Positions 63,539 to 64,000 of a stretch of 64,000 nt of DNA are shown here, in pieces; position 1 is the stretch's first letter; each line of letters starts with the position of its first letter. The position numbers and the translations under genes are program-made. Origin of the DNA: Eledone cirrhosa (lineage: Eukaryota); the NCBI GenBank assembly GCA_964016885.1, contig OZ024746.1:54994001-55058000 (forward strand). The letters run 5' to 3'. A model generated the notes under the pieces. It had not been told where the DNA came from, did no database searches, and was given only the letters and a program-made list of their open reading frames with translations.

Positions 63539-63823
63539 CATACATGGTGTACCAAAGAATGTATAACCACTTTGGTTACCTGTACAGCAATATTTATTGG
63601 AATGCTGTTGGAGTGTGTATTTTTTTGGTCCCCCTTTATATATACACATGTGATATTGAGGAATGTGAGAAAAAGTGCTCAAATAGAGAAGTAGAGTTTA
63701 AACTTTCTATATTAAGGCTTAGTGATGAATCTTATTACTCTGGCGTTTCCTCTTTGCACTCACGGAAACACTGTATACTCTTATAATCATGTACATATGA
63801 ATGTAAATGTATATGACTATGTT

Positions 63824-63892
63824 TTTTGCTATATATTAGAGGTATATATTTGCTATATATTAGAGGTATATATTTGCTATATATTAGAGGTA
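63824..63892 (+). repeat. 24-bp tandem repeat, about 3 copies
   Basis: tttgctatatattagaggtatata repeated. Confidence 0.85.
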
Positions 63893-64000
63893 AATTCGTA
63901 AATTAATGGCCTTTAATTTTGTTTTTTCATTCAAGTGTCTACGATTACGTGTGCCAGTTTACTACTAACTACTCTATGAAGAAATCTCATTCCTTCATGA

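Overview
Eukaryotic, gene-free, very AT-rich DNA. The SINE types and extreme (TA)n content suggest a cephalopod or octopus genome (inference). About half the window is degenerate (TA)n microsatellite, and nearly all IY/YI 'ORFs' in the track are artefacts of it. Retroelements are nested in these arrays: RTE-X and RTE LINE pieces, a CR1-group LINE, a deleted Gypsy LTR element, and Penelope-like elements (PLEs) of Naiad type (two families) and Neptune type. Several non-coding elements are built from inverted repeats. By eye I find about 14 hammerhead-ribozyme (HHR) motifs from at least 7 sequence families, not counting the duplicated block. They include U3-A8 core variants and a ~530-nt, terminally redundant, non-coding HHR element (retrozyme-like, 3 loci) with compensatory stem II changes. 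One copy of that element is fused directly, in inverted orientation, to a 5'-truncated Naiad RT/GIY-YIG ORF. The block 15352-26641 is repeated at 26842-38094 across a 200-N gap and is probably an assembly artefact. No host protein-coding gene could be supported.
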